In this document: one piece after another, positions 34,276 to 46,280 of the stretch
Layout of the letters: the number at the start of each line of letters is the position of its first letter
How positions within the stretch are numbered: the stretch's first letter is position 1
Assembly: GCA_907165135.1 (NCBI GenBank)
Contig: OU015566.1
Location: 3,906,001 to 3,970,000 of the forward strand
Source of the DNA: Oikopleura dioica
Taxonomy: Eukaryota > Animalia > Chordata
Direction: 5' to 3'
DNA length: 64,000 nucleotides
Program-made: the position numbers and the translations under genes
The notes under the pieces: model-generated
Told to the model about the DNA's origin: nothing
Databases searched by the model: none
What the model saw: the letters and a program-made list of their open reading frames with translations, nothing else

Positions 34276-36790
34276 ATGACGGAATTCGAAATGGCACAGA
34301 AGGTAATCATCATCCCGGCATTTATTCGAAAAGAATAGCAAAAACGAGCCACAGGGGTCACCAACCAGGCTTTTTCTTGAGGTTTTGCACCTGGTTTATT
34401 TCGAATCTGAGAATCATTAAGAATGTGCTGAAAAGGCCTTTTCACAGCTAAATTAGATGACTTGGGATCATTCAAATCTGAATAATTTTATTATTCTGCT
34501 TTGTCCCGACTCATGGGTGGTCTGAAACGAAAAAACCTGACTTTTAAATTTATTTATAGGCGAATTACATAGCCGACTTGGAATTCGCCGCGAAAATTGG
34601 AAAGATTTTGTTGGAGCAGAATCAAGAACTGGACTTGCATTGCCAGACCTTGGAGAAAAAAGTTGTGGATCAGGTAAAAAGGGAGAAGAAACTCAATTTT
34701 AAAACAGACGATTTTCAAGAGCTAACATATTGACGCCCTTATCTTGAAGAGATCCTTACTGACAGTAAAAGCATTCGACTTTGCTTACATAGAGTTTAAG
34801 GGATCCCCTCCCGATTTGAAAAATTTTATCGAGAGCTTTTTTCTGATATATTTTTGAAATCTCCGTTGTCTGGCGATCATTTTCATATATAATGTCAAGA
34901 GGAGTCCGTCACGTGGTAAGCCGTGATACAGCTTTGAAAATGGCTTATTTCAATGAAAAATTTTACTTAGAAAAAATTCGCAGTTTTTTCGACTTTTCAA
35001 AGTCTTCATAATCAGATGAATAAGGGCTCTATAGAAAGCTTAGAAGAAACTGATTAAGAAAAAAATAGATTTAATAAAATATCTAACCACTAAAATGCGC
35101 TAGAGAGCAAAGAAAGTCATAAAAATGGCAAAAATCAGTGAAAAAACGTCTTGTGAAGAAAATTTCTACAATCCTTGACGGAATCACATGTCTGTACTAG
35201 AGATTGTAGATCAGGGATCAAGGAAGACAGTTGTTATTGATTTAGGGCTCTATCTAAGAGCAGAAAAAACTAGTTCGACTTTGAAAATGGCCCAAAATGG
35301 GGGTTTTCGCGAGTACCAATGTCTTTAGCCCGTCTTTTGAAGGTGTTTCCCCTTATTAAAACTAATTTCTATACTAGAGTTTGTTCATTAAGAAACGGGC
35401 TTCAAAATGAGCCCTCATTCCTATAAAAAGCTCAGGCCTAAAAAAAGTAGTTCGAAGTCAAAGTTGACGAAATCGGGGGGAGATCCCTTAAAGTAAAGCC
35501 TAACCCCAACCCTAACCTATTGACCCCCTTAATCAACATTTTTAGGATGAACAAATCCGCCATCTGGAGAAACAGCTCAATATTCTTCGCGATTTGGAAG
35601 ACAACAGATGCAAAGTAAGAAATCTCCAATACACAATTTTAATTATTCATTTCTCATCCAGTCTCGTTTCAATTATTTTATCAATTTTCCTCTTTTAGGT
35701 TTATGACCAGCTTCAAAGCTCTTGCTCCGAGTTTGAAAAAGAAAACCGCCAGCTTGCCGAGCGCCATCGAATTGCCATCGAGCAGATTGAAAAGTTGAAG
35801 CTTCTGAGCGACGAGCAGGAAGTCCAATTGAACAATTTGATGGAGGAAATGATCTGCATCAAAGGAATGGGAAATTCGACTGAAATCAAGGAAGAGAACC
35901 ACCAGGAAGAAAAGAAGGAAGATGATGATCAATTGAGGCTGAAAGTGGTGATGAAGGATTTGGAACTAGAAAAATCAAGGGGGAAGAAATTGGAGACGGA
36001 TTTGAATCTCATAATCTCAGGTCCGTTTCGGCTCAAAAGTTGTTTTTGGTCAATCGGTTGTTCAGATTACGATTCGCTTCAAAAGGAAAACGATTCCTTG
36101 AAGGACGAAAACGGGGATTTGCGAAAAATGAACGAGCTCCATGTCGAGCGGCTGAAACAGCTAGAGGAGCAGGCAGAATTTCACTCGGTCAAGTCCCACG
36201 CCTCCACTAGCGATGAAACGCTGGTCAAGGAGCTGGATGAAAAGTACAATTCGCTCAAGTGTAAATATGAAAGAATTGTGACTCAGGAAAGGGCTCATTT
36301 ATAACTTATAATAGATAAGTAAAAAAGTCAGATTCTTATTGGCTATTTGGCCGAAAACAGAATTTTGATTGGCTCCTTTTTCTCCTAAAAAGCCCTTGAA
36401 AAGATCAACCGCCGAAATACCTCAAAAACAACGCCCGAGTACAACCAAATCTTCCGTAAACTATTCTCCCTCCTCTCCGATTCAATCGACGAGAAAAAAC
36501 AAGCCCTCCTCTTTCGACCCCGTCAACTCCAACTGCTCAGATTTCGCCGACCTTGACATTCTCCAGTAGAATCTCAAGAGATTCGAGAAACACGCCCAGT
36601 CCAACTGTTGATCTTCCAAGAAGTGAGATGATTTTTGAAGAGTCGAGTTTAGGTAAATTGAGATTGAAAAGAGACGGTTTTTAAAATGTCAGAAAGGTTT
36701 AGTCAGCTCGGTCGCGGAATTCGCAAGATCGGTTATCTTGCTGATTCTGATGGTGTTATGGGTTCTGATAGCACCGAAAGCGAAAAATTA
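34276..36790 (+). CDS. CDR2: CDR2/CDR2L-like coiled-coil dynein adaptor (3' end uncertain)
   Basis: MTEFEMAQK|ANYIADLEFAAKIGKILLEQNQEL...DQ|DEQIRHLEKQLNILRDLEDNRCK|VYDQLQSSCSEFEKENRQL aligns by eye to CDR2 EFEM...DLQLAAELGKTLLDRN...[27 protein letters not shown]. Confidence 0.78.
34800..35486. mobile_element. MITE, 687 bp, TTAA TSD, GGG...CCC termini, in a CDR2 intron
   Basis: TIR GGGATCCCCTCCGATTT versus AAATCGGGGGAGATCCC. TTAA at 34796-34799 and 35487-35490. Confidence 0.8.
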
Positions 36791-38105
36791 GGTTTACATT
36801 GTTCTAGGAGTTTTTGTCGAAAAATGTCAAGAGTTATTTGAATGTCGAAAAATGTCAAAATGTCAAGTGGTCCTCAAGAAATGTCAACAGTCCTCTAGAA
36901 AATGTCTGGTAGACTGTTTCGTAAAGATTTATTTCAGTAAACTTGGCGGAACCGTGATTCAAATCATTCTTCAAAAAAATCTTCTGTATGTGCTGTTCAT
37001 AAACATCTGTAAATACAGTCAAAGTACAAAAGTCATTAGCTTAAATTTTTCAATGGATTCCTTTTGCAATCGCATTTCTAAAGAAAAAAAATATATTTGA
37101 TGAGGATTTCGCTGGAAAACCTGATTTTTCAGAGGGCTCTTCATCTGACGACTGAGCAATATACTCGATGAAATATTCGTTCTCTTGAGACATTTTTACG
37201 AAAGCTTAGACGAAGTTTTTAGAAATGAAAAAGAAAGATGAAAGACTATCCACACATCACAGTCTTTTGCAAATTTAATTGCAGAAAAGAAGTTCAAGAA
37301 AACACTGTTTTGATTAGCCCATTATTCAGTCTATTTTTTGTTTACAGAGAGGAGTTGCATCCCTGCGATCAGACTTGAATAACAACAGTGTTATCTTAAG
37401 AAGAGAAGACATCCTAATGGAGATATTCAGGAATGAGACAATGCGACTTCTTGCTGACCTACTCGTTAGTACAGGAAATGAAATATTTTTATGGACAGTC
37501 TAAGCAATTTTAAAGATCATTGCTGCTTTAATATTTGGAGGTATCTTCTTTGTCTACCTGTATCTGAAATGCTGCGGATCAAGAAGAAAAGGACATAATT
37601 TCCAAAATGGAATTTGAATTTTCGGTTCTTAGAATAAACTGAGTAAATTTTAAAATTGTGATTTTTGTTTAAAAAAGGCATAGTTAGCAAAATTTGAATA
37701 ATAAGTAAAGTTCGTGGTTTTAAATTATTCGTCGAATCAAGTTTTAGACGCAAGGTCTCCCTCTCACTTGTGTTTTCAGCAATAATGAATAGCTCCTAAG
37801 AGAGCCAGAACTTTGTTTCTAGAGCGAGGACGCAGTATTGCTTCTTGCTTAAAAATTCACGAGAGATTCTGTGTTTCAGCCCATTTCTGCTGCAGAGGCC
37901 AGTACCACGACTCCAGTATTAGAGAGAGATGGAGAAGAAAAGCATGATGAAGAATATGACCTTTTGTGAATACAGAAAATATTTGTTTCAGAGATTTATT
38001 GAGCCCTACAAGAAAATGGTTTCCAGATGCAACTTTAAAATTTAGGAAAAATTTTTAACCCCAAAAATGCGCAAAAACGCACCAAATTTTGAGGTTTTTA
38101 ATTAA

Positions 38106-38254
38106 GGGGGTAGACATCGCAAACTGGATTTTCGAGATGATTTTTCTCCTCGGTTACCCCCTAATTTTTCCTTCTCGAATAAGATAAGGGAGTCAATATC
38201 TAAAGTTTCGGACAAACATCATCTCCAAAATTACCATTTATGATGTCTACCCCC
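38106..38254. mobile_element. 149-bp MITE, TTAA TSD
   Basis: TIR GGGGGTAGACATC / GATGTCTACCCCC, flanked by TTAA on both sides. Confidence 0.8.
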
Positions 38255-38375
38255 TTAAACAATTCTGTAAAAATCTTGAAAAAAACCAATAGTAAGGGAG
38301 CATTAGTGCTCTTCGTCATCTTGATTTCGTCTGTCACAATTTACTACATGTAAGACTCCCTAATATCTTCTGATA

Positions 38376-38735
38376 ATGAGCAAGTTTTCAAGTTATTCGC
38401 TGAAAGAGATCCAAGAAGAGTACGAAAAGTATCTCGAAGAACTTGCGAATAAAACCGAATCGACAGAATCTAAATCGATGACTCTGATAACAACAACGAC
38501 TAACGGTATCGGAGGAACCGTCGATTTTGGAAGCGGAGATCAATCACTTCCATTATCAACAAGCCCACCAGCAACAAGCGCAGTTGCGGTGAGATCCATC
38601 TCGGCGAACAAACAGACTCGATTGATGGACTACAGCCATCATTCTTTCCAAAGAAGCTTTGCGCATCCGAGAAACCATCCGATCATCATTGAGCATTTCC
38701 CGTCGAATACTGAACAACCTCCAGTCACAATATAA
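38376..38735 (+). CDS. Uncharacterised Ser/Thr-rich ORF (possibly one exon of a larger gene)
   Basis: 119-aa open frame with an acidic helix and a low-complexity S/T region; no recognised domain. Confidence 0.35.
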   Translation: MSKFSSYSLKEIQEEYEKYLEELANKTESTESKSMTLITTTTNGIGGTVDFGSGDQSLPLSTSPPATSAVAVRSISANKQTRLMDYSHHSFQRSFAHPRNHPIIIEHFPSNTEQPPVTI

Positions 38736-38916
38736 CTTATTACTATTTATGTCGATAAAAGAGAAGGGCCTTGATTGTGTCAAAAGCAGATTAAATATAA
38801 GGAACCAAATGATGTGTATATTCGAATGAATAAAATGTTTCCTCAATAGCGAAAAAAATAATAAATAATCGATTTAGCCGTCTTTCTTTTGAAAGCGATT
38901 TTTAAGCGAATCTTCG

Positions 38917-39177
38917 ATGGATGTTCATATCCATTCTAGAGACGAGCAAATGATGCAGATGAAGAAAACTGTCTTGGTCTGTGTTATAATTGGTCTTCTG
39001 ATTTTGTCCGGGTCATTTTTTAAGAGAAACCGTCTTTCTTTTTGACAAAAATAACCTATACAGACACTTGTGTACAACTCAAAAGGGGTTCATGAAGAAA
39101 AAGAAGCTTCAAAAAGACACGAAAAGCTGATAGAAACAATTTGGAAACAGCACTGGAAGATGGAGCAGAAAAAGTAA
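38917..39177 (+). CDS. Small single-pass membrane protein (2 exons)
   Basis: MDVHIHSRDEQMMQMKKTVLVCVIIGLLILSG|HLCTTQKGFHEEKEASKRHEKLIETIWKQHWKMEQKK*, with an in-phase GT-AG intron. Confidence 0.4.
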
Positions 39178-39342
39178 CACACTGAAGACGAAAATCAACA
39201 CAAGAAATAATTTTTTTTCTACTAAATATTGAATTTATTGTTCAAAATCATCATACAGAAAGAGAAACTTTTGAATTCGTTGTCAATCCAGTCAATTTTC
39301 GAACAGAAATCGTGAGAAACTACAGGAATTCTACAGCAGTTT

Positions 39343-39770
39343 TTACTTTTTGATGAAAAAGAAAAAGGCGAGGATGAAGAGGATCATCGACGGGAACTGA
39401 GCATTGGCGGCGCTGCAGGGCAACTCGATCTTGCACTCGTTGTCGGTGTTTTTCTTGATCCAGTCTTTGCTGTTTTTCTCCCAGTTGTCGCAAAACTCTT
39501 AAGAATATGTAGGATCAACAAAGAAGTTGTTTGACTTACTTTCTTTTTTGGTGTTTTCTTTGAGATGGTCGCAGAACTCAGTTCCACAGGGCCATGTCAA
39601 ATCGCAGTTGTTTGTTTTCACAGCTGCTTCCCAAGTTGTCTTCGTGGCAAGCAGTCCCTGAGTCTTGCAATCCGCTAGTTTTTTGTTAAAATCGAATTTC
39701 ATCTTAGGTTACTCTTACCTTTTACCGTATTCATTGCAGTTTCTTGGGCTTTGCAAGTTTCCGACATAGC
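39343..39770 (-). CDS. Small Cys-rich protein with a hydrophobic C-terminus (GPI-anchor-like); 5' end unresolved
   Basis: Exons give ...ADCKTQG...NNCDLTWPCGTEFCDHLKENTKKE|FCDNWEKNSKDWIKKNTDNECKIELPCSAANAQFPSMILFILAFFFFIKK*. Confidence 0.5.
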
Positions 39771-40101
39771 TGTCGTTTCACCGTTTTCCGTCATTTTTTA
39801 AACTCGTTCTCGATTCGGTGGAAAAATAAGAATGAAGGACAACTGCCAAAATATAGAGAGAGACGGAAAAAGTCGTTAAAAGAGATGAAAATTCCAGCGT
39901 GGTAAATCCATGCTAACCTTTACTCAGCAACAGGACTTACCTTCGGGATGAGTACGTATCTACTCATGGCTCTATCATTAGTATTCGGGGTTTCTGGAAA
40001 ATTCCAGAAGACATTTTATGAAATGAAATGGGTTTTTGTGATGAATTTATTTTCAGTTGCAATTTGAAAAACCTATTTTGACAAGCATTTTTTGAGGAGG
40101 G

Positions 40102-42054
40102 CTACTCTTTTGGTCTACTCGAATGAGGATCTTCATTTTCAACATTTAATCTTCTTAGATCTTCCTTGACCAATGAGCAGCAAATGGTAGCAGCAACGAG
40201 GCAGGAGGAAAGGAAAATTAAACAGTTGAAGCTGGCTTCTTTCGGTGGGCAGTCTAAAGATCGGAAATTAAGGGCGTCGGAGGCCAAAAACGGCTAACCT
40301 TGAGAAGAGTCCTTGTTGAGAAGAATCGCTTGAGCAATTTGAGTTAGAATTACTCCAGATAATTGCTGTAGAATTCCGATAAAACCCGCAACAAATGTGC
40401 ATGGCTCGGGAAACGTCAGCTTTAAATTTTTTTACTTAAAAGTCTTTCTTTCATAATTCACCTCGAAACTAAACTGCATAATGAGATTGAACATCGATGA
40501 AACGCAAGAACCAATCAGCCCAAAAAGCACGAAATCCGCCCAAACCAGCCCGTGGTGAAACAAAATCGTGACTCCGACGAAACAAAGTGTAAAAACCACG
40601 GTATTCGAAAGGGTAAAAGTCTTGAAGAGCTTTGTTTTATCAACGAGTGTGCCAACAATCGGGCCCGAAAAAGCACCGGCAACGAGCATGACGAAGGAAA
40701 TTCCGCCAATGATCTTGTTCACGCCGTTCGGGTCGATTTCATCGCAGAATGAGGGCTTTAGAATCTGATTGATAAGGGTACAGAGGGCGAAAAACACTCC
40801 GGCCGAGATTGATCCCCTAAAATTTTCAGAAAACTATTTTCCGAAAAATCTTACCCAGCTTGAAGTAAAAGCCAATTAGTATTCTTCGCAAGGCTTTTTG
40901 AAGTTTGGAGACAAGCTTTGACTGTATCAAGATAATCAAGCTTTTCAGGTTCTTGTCTCTTTTTTGCCGCAGTTATAGATGGCGGGAGCTCCGGAAGCGC
41001 TGGAATACCGACTTTTCATGGTCAAAAATTATGAAAATTATATTTTTCTTTCCGATTTTGACCGTTTTCCTATGACCATGGAAAACATAACCATCGCAAA
41101 AATCGCTTGTGGTGCGAAAAGACAGAGCATTTGGAATTGAACTTCCTCCACTGCCGCCTCATTTTTCATCCAATCAACAGGGTAAGAAGTGGAATTGAAT
41201 GTCTTCACCGGACCTCTGATAATCAGCGCAGGAAGGAGGTAGCCAACGGAATTTCCAAAAATCATTCCTCCCGCTGCAATGGCGGTGGCAAAAGAGAGCT
41301 CGTCAAGGGGGAACCATCGCTCGGCAATGACTCCTGGCATTCTTTATTTTGCTGGAAAATTGCGTTTTCTGAAGAAAATGGGTTCTTTATCTTGATTTTT
41401 CAGCCTTTCATGAATACAAAATTATTACTCATCGAGCTCAACAACTGCGCCACCAAGTGCAAAGGCAGCATATTCGGCTTCACCACACACTTTGCCAACG
41501 CCGCCGCCGCTGCCAAAAATGACCCGACCCTAAGCGCCACTTTGATGTTTCTGAGTTCGAGCCACCAGATTATCGGCAACATAAAAACGCAAAAGGAAAC
41601 CATGTAGATTTGAGTCGTCCAGGAGATGGTGGAGAAAGATGTATGGAAAAAGGAGGCGAAAAGGTCGGGGACCATGATGTAGTTGACCCATTGGAAGGAG
41701 GCAAGAAATGCATTTCTGAAAAACTTTTGAAAAATCATTCACTAGGGCGGATCAAAAAAGGGTTGCTCGTCTGTGATTGGCTTGATCGAAAAAAAACTGT
41801 GTTCTGATTGGCTTGCTCAACACATACAAGCTTCTGATTGGCTTGCTTGAAAAATACTGTCCTCTGATTGGCTTAGAGGAGCACCGACCAAAGCTCCCCA
41901 GTGGGACCCCAACTGCCCCCCGATTTCGAGGATTTAGCCAACCCTAACCCTAACTTTTTCAAACTTACCCAAAGAAAATGCCCAAAACAATCCATCGATA
42001 TCTCTCTGGTTTAACATGCAAATTCCACTGAAACGACTGAATTGATAATCTCAT
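40102..42054 (-). CDS. FLVCR: MFS transporter, FLVCR/SLC49 family
   Basis: RYRWIVLGIFF, ASFQWVNY, SWTTQIYM, VAQLLSS...MPGVIAERWFPLDE...GNSVGYLLP, PELPPSITAA, GAFSGPIVGTLVDKTKLFK, TFPEP...G, VKEDLRRL. Confidence 0.85.
41770..41875. repeat. Four CTGATTGGCTT (inverted CCAAT) units at ~30-bp spacing in FLVCR intron 1
   Basis: GATTGG at 41775, 41806, 41836 and 41866. Confidence 0.75.
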
Positions 42055-42156
42055 TCTCTCTTATTTACTTGTACTTTTATTTCAAAAATGAACTATGAAG
42101 AAATTATACAGCAAGTTGTATTCTATTTGATCTAGCAATTATCCAAGGTAAATCGA

Positions 42157-43651
42157 TCAAGTTTTGTTCCATTCTGAGAGCCAGCTCAGAGTCAGATTGA
42201 AATCGTTTGCCAATTTTACATGACGAGGTTGGTAAAATTCCCTGAGCATTTTTTCTGTCTTCGCAGCTGGAAAAATCAATGAAATATTTATTGAAAGAAC
42301 CTACAAATTCCCAAGTCGCCAGGATAAATCGAAGTCCTCCCCTTCGAGCTCGGCATACAATCCATTCCATTTTCTGCCGTTTCATCCCTGACACAGTAAT
42401 AACCATCTTCTCTTTTTACAAATTTATCTTCGTCGAAGAATTTTTTCAATTTCAGAAATCGCTCGAGCTCTATCATCACCTCCCAAGGCCTTGATTTGAG
42501 AGAATTTCCATCAAGGATGAGACCAGTGTTCGCGAAGATTTTTGGATCGCCCGTGTTTGATCGATAGTATTTGTAGAGATATCCGTACGCGCCGTTCGCC
42601 ATCACTAAAATCAAGAATGACTGGCTGGGAAATCGTCAAACCTGTGGTCATTTCTCTAGGAACGCCTTCAGAATTTGCATTTTCCGTCAAAAGAGGCAAG
42701 TAAGTCTCGACATATTTGTCGAAACTCAAGTCCGCCAACGGCATCAGCGCGGAGTCTGACCCAAGTGTTTTCTTGTTCAAATGTCCCATGTGACCTGCTT
42801 TGTCATCTTTCATATGCTTGAAATCAGAGAGAAGCCGATGAACAGGATCACATAGAACTGAAGAATGATGAGAAAGGAACCTAAAGAAATATCTTACTAG
42901 TGATGCATTGAACATTTTTCTTCCATGTCTTCAGATTTTCATGCTTTTCGAGAAGAGCTGGATTTTCTTCAAGATAATCAAGGAGCCATTTGATTCCAGC
43001 CATGCCAGTTTTTGCCATGAAGAAGTTCTCTCGATCAGACTCCAGATTCTCTTCAATTTTCTTCCTCAAATCTTCCAGCGACCAGATTCGATAAAGATTC
43101 TTTAGGTAATTCTTGAACGATAATTCTGAGTCTTCAAGAGTCTGGAAAGGACTTTCCGCATAACCCCTGATCACTTGAGGGTGATGCCCGAAAAATCGCT
43201 GGAGAGCTTTTGTTCCGCACTTTTTCGCACCAGTAACCACGATGTTTGGCAGTTGGTAAGCTAAGGGGTCAGATTCTAGAGCGAGCTCGAATTCGGCGAT
43301 TGACTCTTTTGCTTCTTCGTCTAAAAAAGTTGACAAATGAGCGATAGCCTATCGCCGATAGGGGACGGTCTTACTCTTCAAAAACTTAAGGAGCTCCCTC
43401 TGATAAGCCGCTTCCGTCAGTTCTTCTTTCAAACTTTCATCAAACTTTGCCTTCAACTCATTTCTCCTCTCTCCCAAATCCACAGAAAAGCGATCTTCAG
43501 CTTCATCACGTTCAGAATAAAATTCTGCTGATAAAAATTCTCCAAACTTCCTTCTCTCAAATCTTTCTCTTCCCTCATTTCCAGCAAAATAAACTGAGAT
43601 TGCAAAGAGAATGAGAATTGTGAAAATTTCGAAAATTCTCGGTCTCCGCAT
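42157..43651 (-). CDS. Type II membrane sulfotransferase, heparan sulfate 3-O-sulfotransferase-like
   Basis: N-terminal TM segment. 5'-PSB LPNIVVTGAKKCGTKALQRFFGHHPQV, 3'-PB CDPVHRLLSDF, and C-terminal YYC...CMPSSKGR and LREFYQP. Confidence 0.82.
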
Positions 43652-43929
43652 CTTTTTTTAATTATTTTGACATTTGGCATTTAAATCGGGCGATTGTTTC
43701 GTCCTCAGGGTGACATAACAAAAAACGCAGATTATGATTGTCGTTTAAACTTTCCGATTATCACGAGAGGAAATTTTCAGAAAAAAGAAGGTAACTTTGG
43801 TTAGATTATCATGAATAAAGTCATTCAATTCGAATAAAACAAGTTCAAAAACTTTATTAAAAATTAATTTTTCAAACAAAGACATTGAAAAGAAATGAAT
43901 GAGTTAGCTTCAATGCTAGTATTTGGCTT

Positions 43930-46079
43930 CTACGGAGTTTCGGTCGGTGAAAAACTTTGAGTAGAAATAAACTCGTTGCCACCTAGATTGAAAAATATAT
44001 TTTGATCAAAGTTAGAGCAAATAATATCACCGTTGCAAAGATGGTCCTGGCAAATCATCGTGCAGATTTCCGAATCATTTTCTATTATAATTTCTTGTCC
44101 ATTGTCATCAATTATACTCCCGCCCTCTTGGTAATAGATGCATCCTTGCTCGACCTCATCAGTTGCGTTAAGACACCCTCTTGTCATTATTTCAACTGAT
44201 TTAATGGTGAAATTAAAATCAAAACGATAAATAAGTTACTTAGTCCCCCTGGATAAATCTCAGAAAAAGCAATAACATTTGTGCTAAAGCATCCAAATCT
44301 GCTCTCGCACATCACTGGGTTATCCTGTTCGCTTATCGCAGTGCACCAGTTAACGTCGTTAATTGTTTGATCGCTACATTCGTAACATGTAACATCTGAT
44401 AAAAGAGTGGATGTTGTTGAAGTTGTTGTTGTGGTTGATGTTGCTTGCGTTGTAGTTGCTGTTTGAGCGCAGTCAAACTGTCCAGAAGAAAACAAAATAG
44501 GGCGCATATGACCAAATGAGTCATGCGTAGAGATGATTTCGGAAGAGATGCTCGAGTTGTTTATTTGGATTCGTTCGATTCCAGCTCCATTTGGATTCGA
44601 TTTCCTGTATGAACCATGCTTGTTTTCAAAATCATCCTGATGAAATCTTCCATCATAACCGTAGAACCCATCACCAACACTGTAAATGATTCCATTGAGC
44701 TCAATGACTGTGTTAAGATAATGAACTTGAAGAAGATTTCCCAAGAACGACCAATGGCCAGATTGACCATAATAAATGAAGACTTTGCCTGGTGATGAGC
44801 TATCATATTCGTCATAGCCGCCAATTGTCAGCATGTTTTCTCCGAATCCAAGGCATCCTGGATGAAAGAGAAGCCTAAAATTATTGGAAATGAGATAAAT
44901 TAAAATTCGATTTTCATACTTTGGATGAGAATTCAGACCAGTCCAACCATTTGACCGAAGAATTTCAATATAAGTGCCATCGTCTCCGCCAATCGCAACT
45001 GGTTGATTGTTCAAAGAAGCCATGCAACCGTATTCGTGATCATAATAGGTGTTATAATTGACCAAAGTTGTTCTGGATCCGTCAAAGAGCTGAGTCCATT
45101 TGTAATTGTGATGTCGGAAGCCGGTGTAGACTGAACAAGTTATAAGTATACAGTCAGAATTTTCCTTCACATAAGGAAAAAATTACCCCCATTTGACGTG
45201 GTTACGATTCCCGAGTAATGGTCAACTCCCCTCTGCAATTCGACAGACAATTGACGAATATCGCACCCAATAACTAGGTGAATCTAAAATAAAAACGATC
45301 TTTTCGTCTTCTTAAAATAACTTATCCAACATTAGTACTAAGACGACTGCCTCCAAAAATGAAGACATTATCTTGGTAGACAGCACTGACTGTGTAAAGA
45401 AGACTGTTTTCGGCATAACTGTAATGTCGGTTTTCCTGGAATCCACCAAAAGCATCCGTAACATAAGTCAGATCATTTGATGGGCGATGATTAACGTCCT
45501 CAGACAAGAGCGTTATAAATTCGTTGTTTTTTGAAGGATTTTCGTCAAAGCATTTGCACTGAGAAAAGCCTTGCAAAACATGGCGACTGTAACAATTGTC
45601 AATACAGCTCCAGTTGTTCAAACAATCCATCGCGCACTGGTCAAATTCCTGCAGCGCCTTGACTTTGCATTGCTGAAAACGCATTGAGATGCGCAATGTA
45701 TAAATACAGACCAAACCTGAAACTCAAAGTCCGTCTCCAAATTATCACAACTTTGGCAAAGAGGATGATCGCAGCCTTCACATCCGTTCTGGCAGTTTTG
45801 TCCGCATGGGCAGTCCGAAACGCATTCCCCGAGGTCAACAAGACACGTGTTCTCACACGGATGATTATCGCAATTATTCCGGCAATCAACAAAGACAACC
45901 GAGCACTCAGTATCACACTGTTGGCCTGAATGAGATCAAAATTAAAATCTCATGAATATGGTGTCAAATCTCTCGATCTCTCTCTTTCCTAGTTCCAAAT
46001 CAGGGCATCTTGCATCAAACCCTTCCCAATTGGCCGAAAAAACGGACTTCGCAAAAACGAAAAAACTTGAAAGCTTCAT
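43930..46079 (-). CDS. Secreted Cys-rich repeat + Kelch-like propeller + Thr-rich linker + Ly6/uPAR(LU)-like domain protein
   Basis: Signal MKLSSFFVFAKSVFS; Cys repeats (CPCGQNCQNGCEGC); propeller (VFIFGG, PVAIGG, MLTIGG, RPILF); TTTQATSTTTT linker; then CYEC...C...C...RGC...C...C..CQDHLCN. Confidence 0.72.
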
Positions 46080-46280
46080 CTTTCCGCAGCTCGAACTATT
46101 TCCTACCCCTTCATGGCGAACTTTAAATGCACTGATGTTAATTACGGCAATATTTCTTCAATTGGAATTTCGATTCCCGCATTTGATGATCCGCGGTCAA
46201 TCTTAACGATCCATTGAATAACCAATTTTCCTACAGAAAGTTTTTATTGACAACTTTCCTACAGTCTCCTCATTTTTTTA

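Noticed and set aside
41938-41955. Interstitial telomere (TAACCC) repeats, also near 35500, 60130 and 61680
   Set aside because: Only two or three imperfect units each, associated with dispersed repeat elements.
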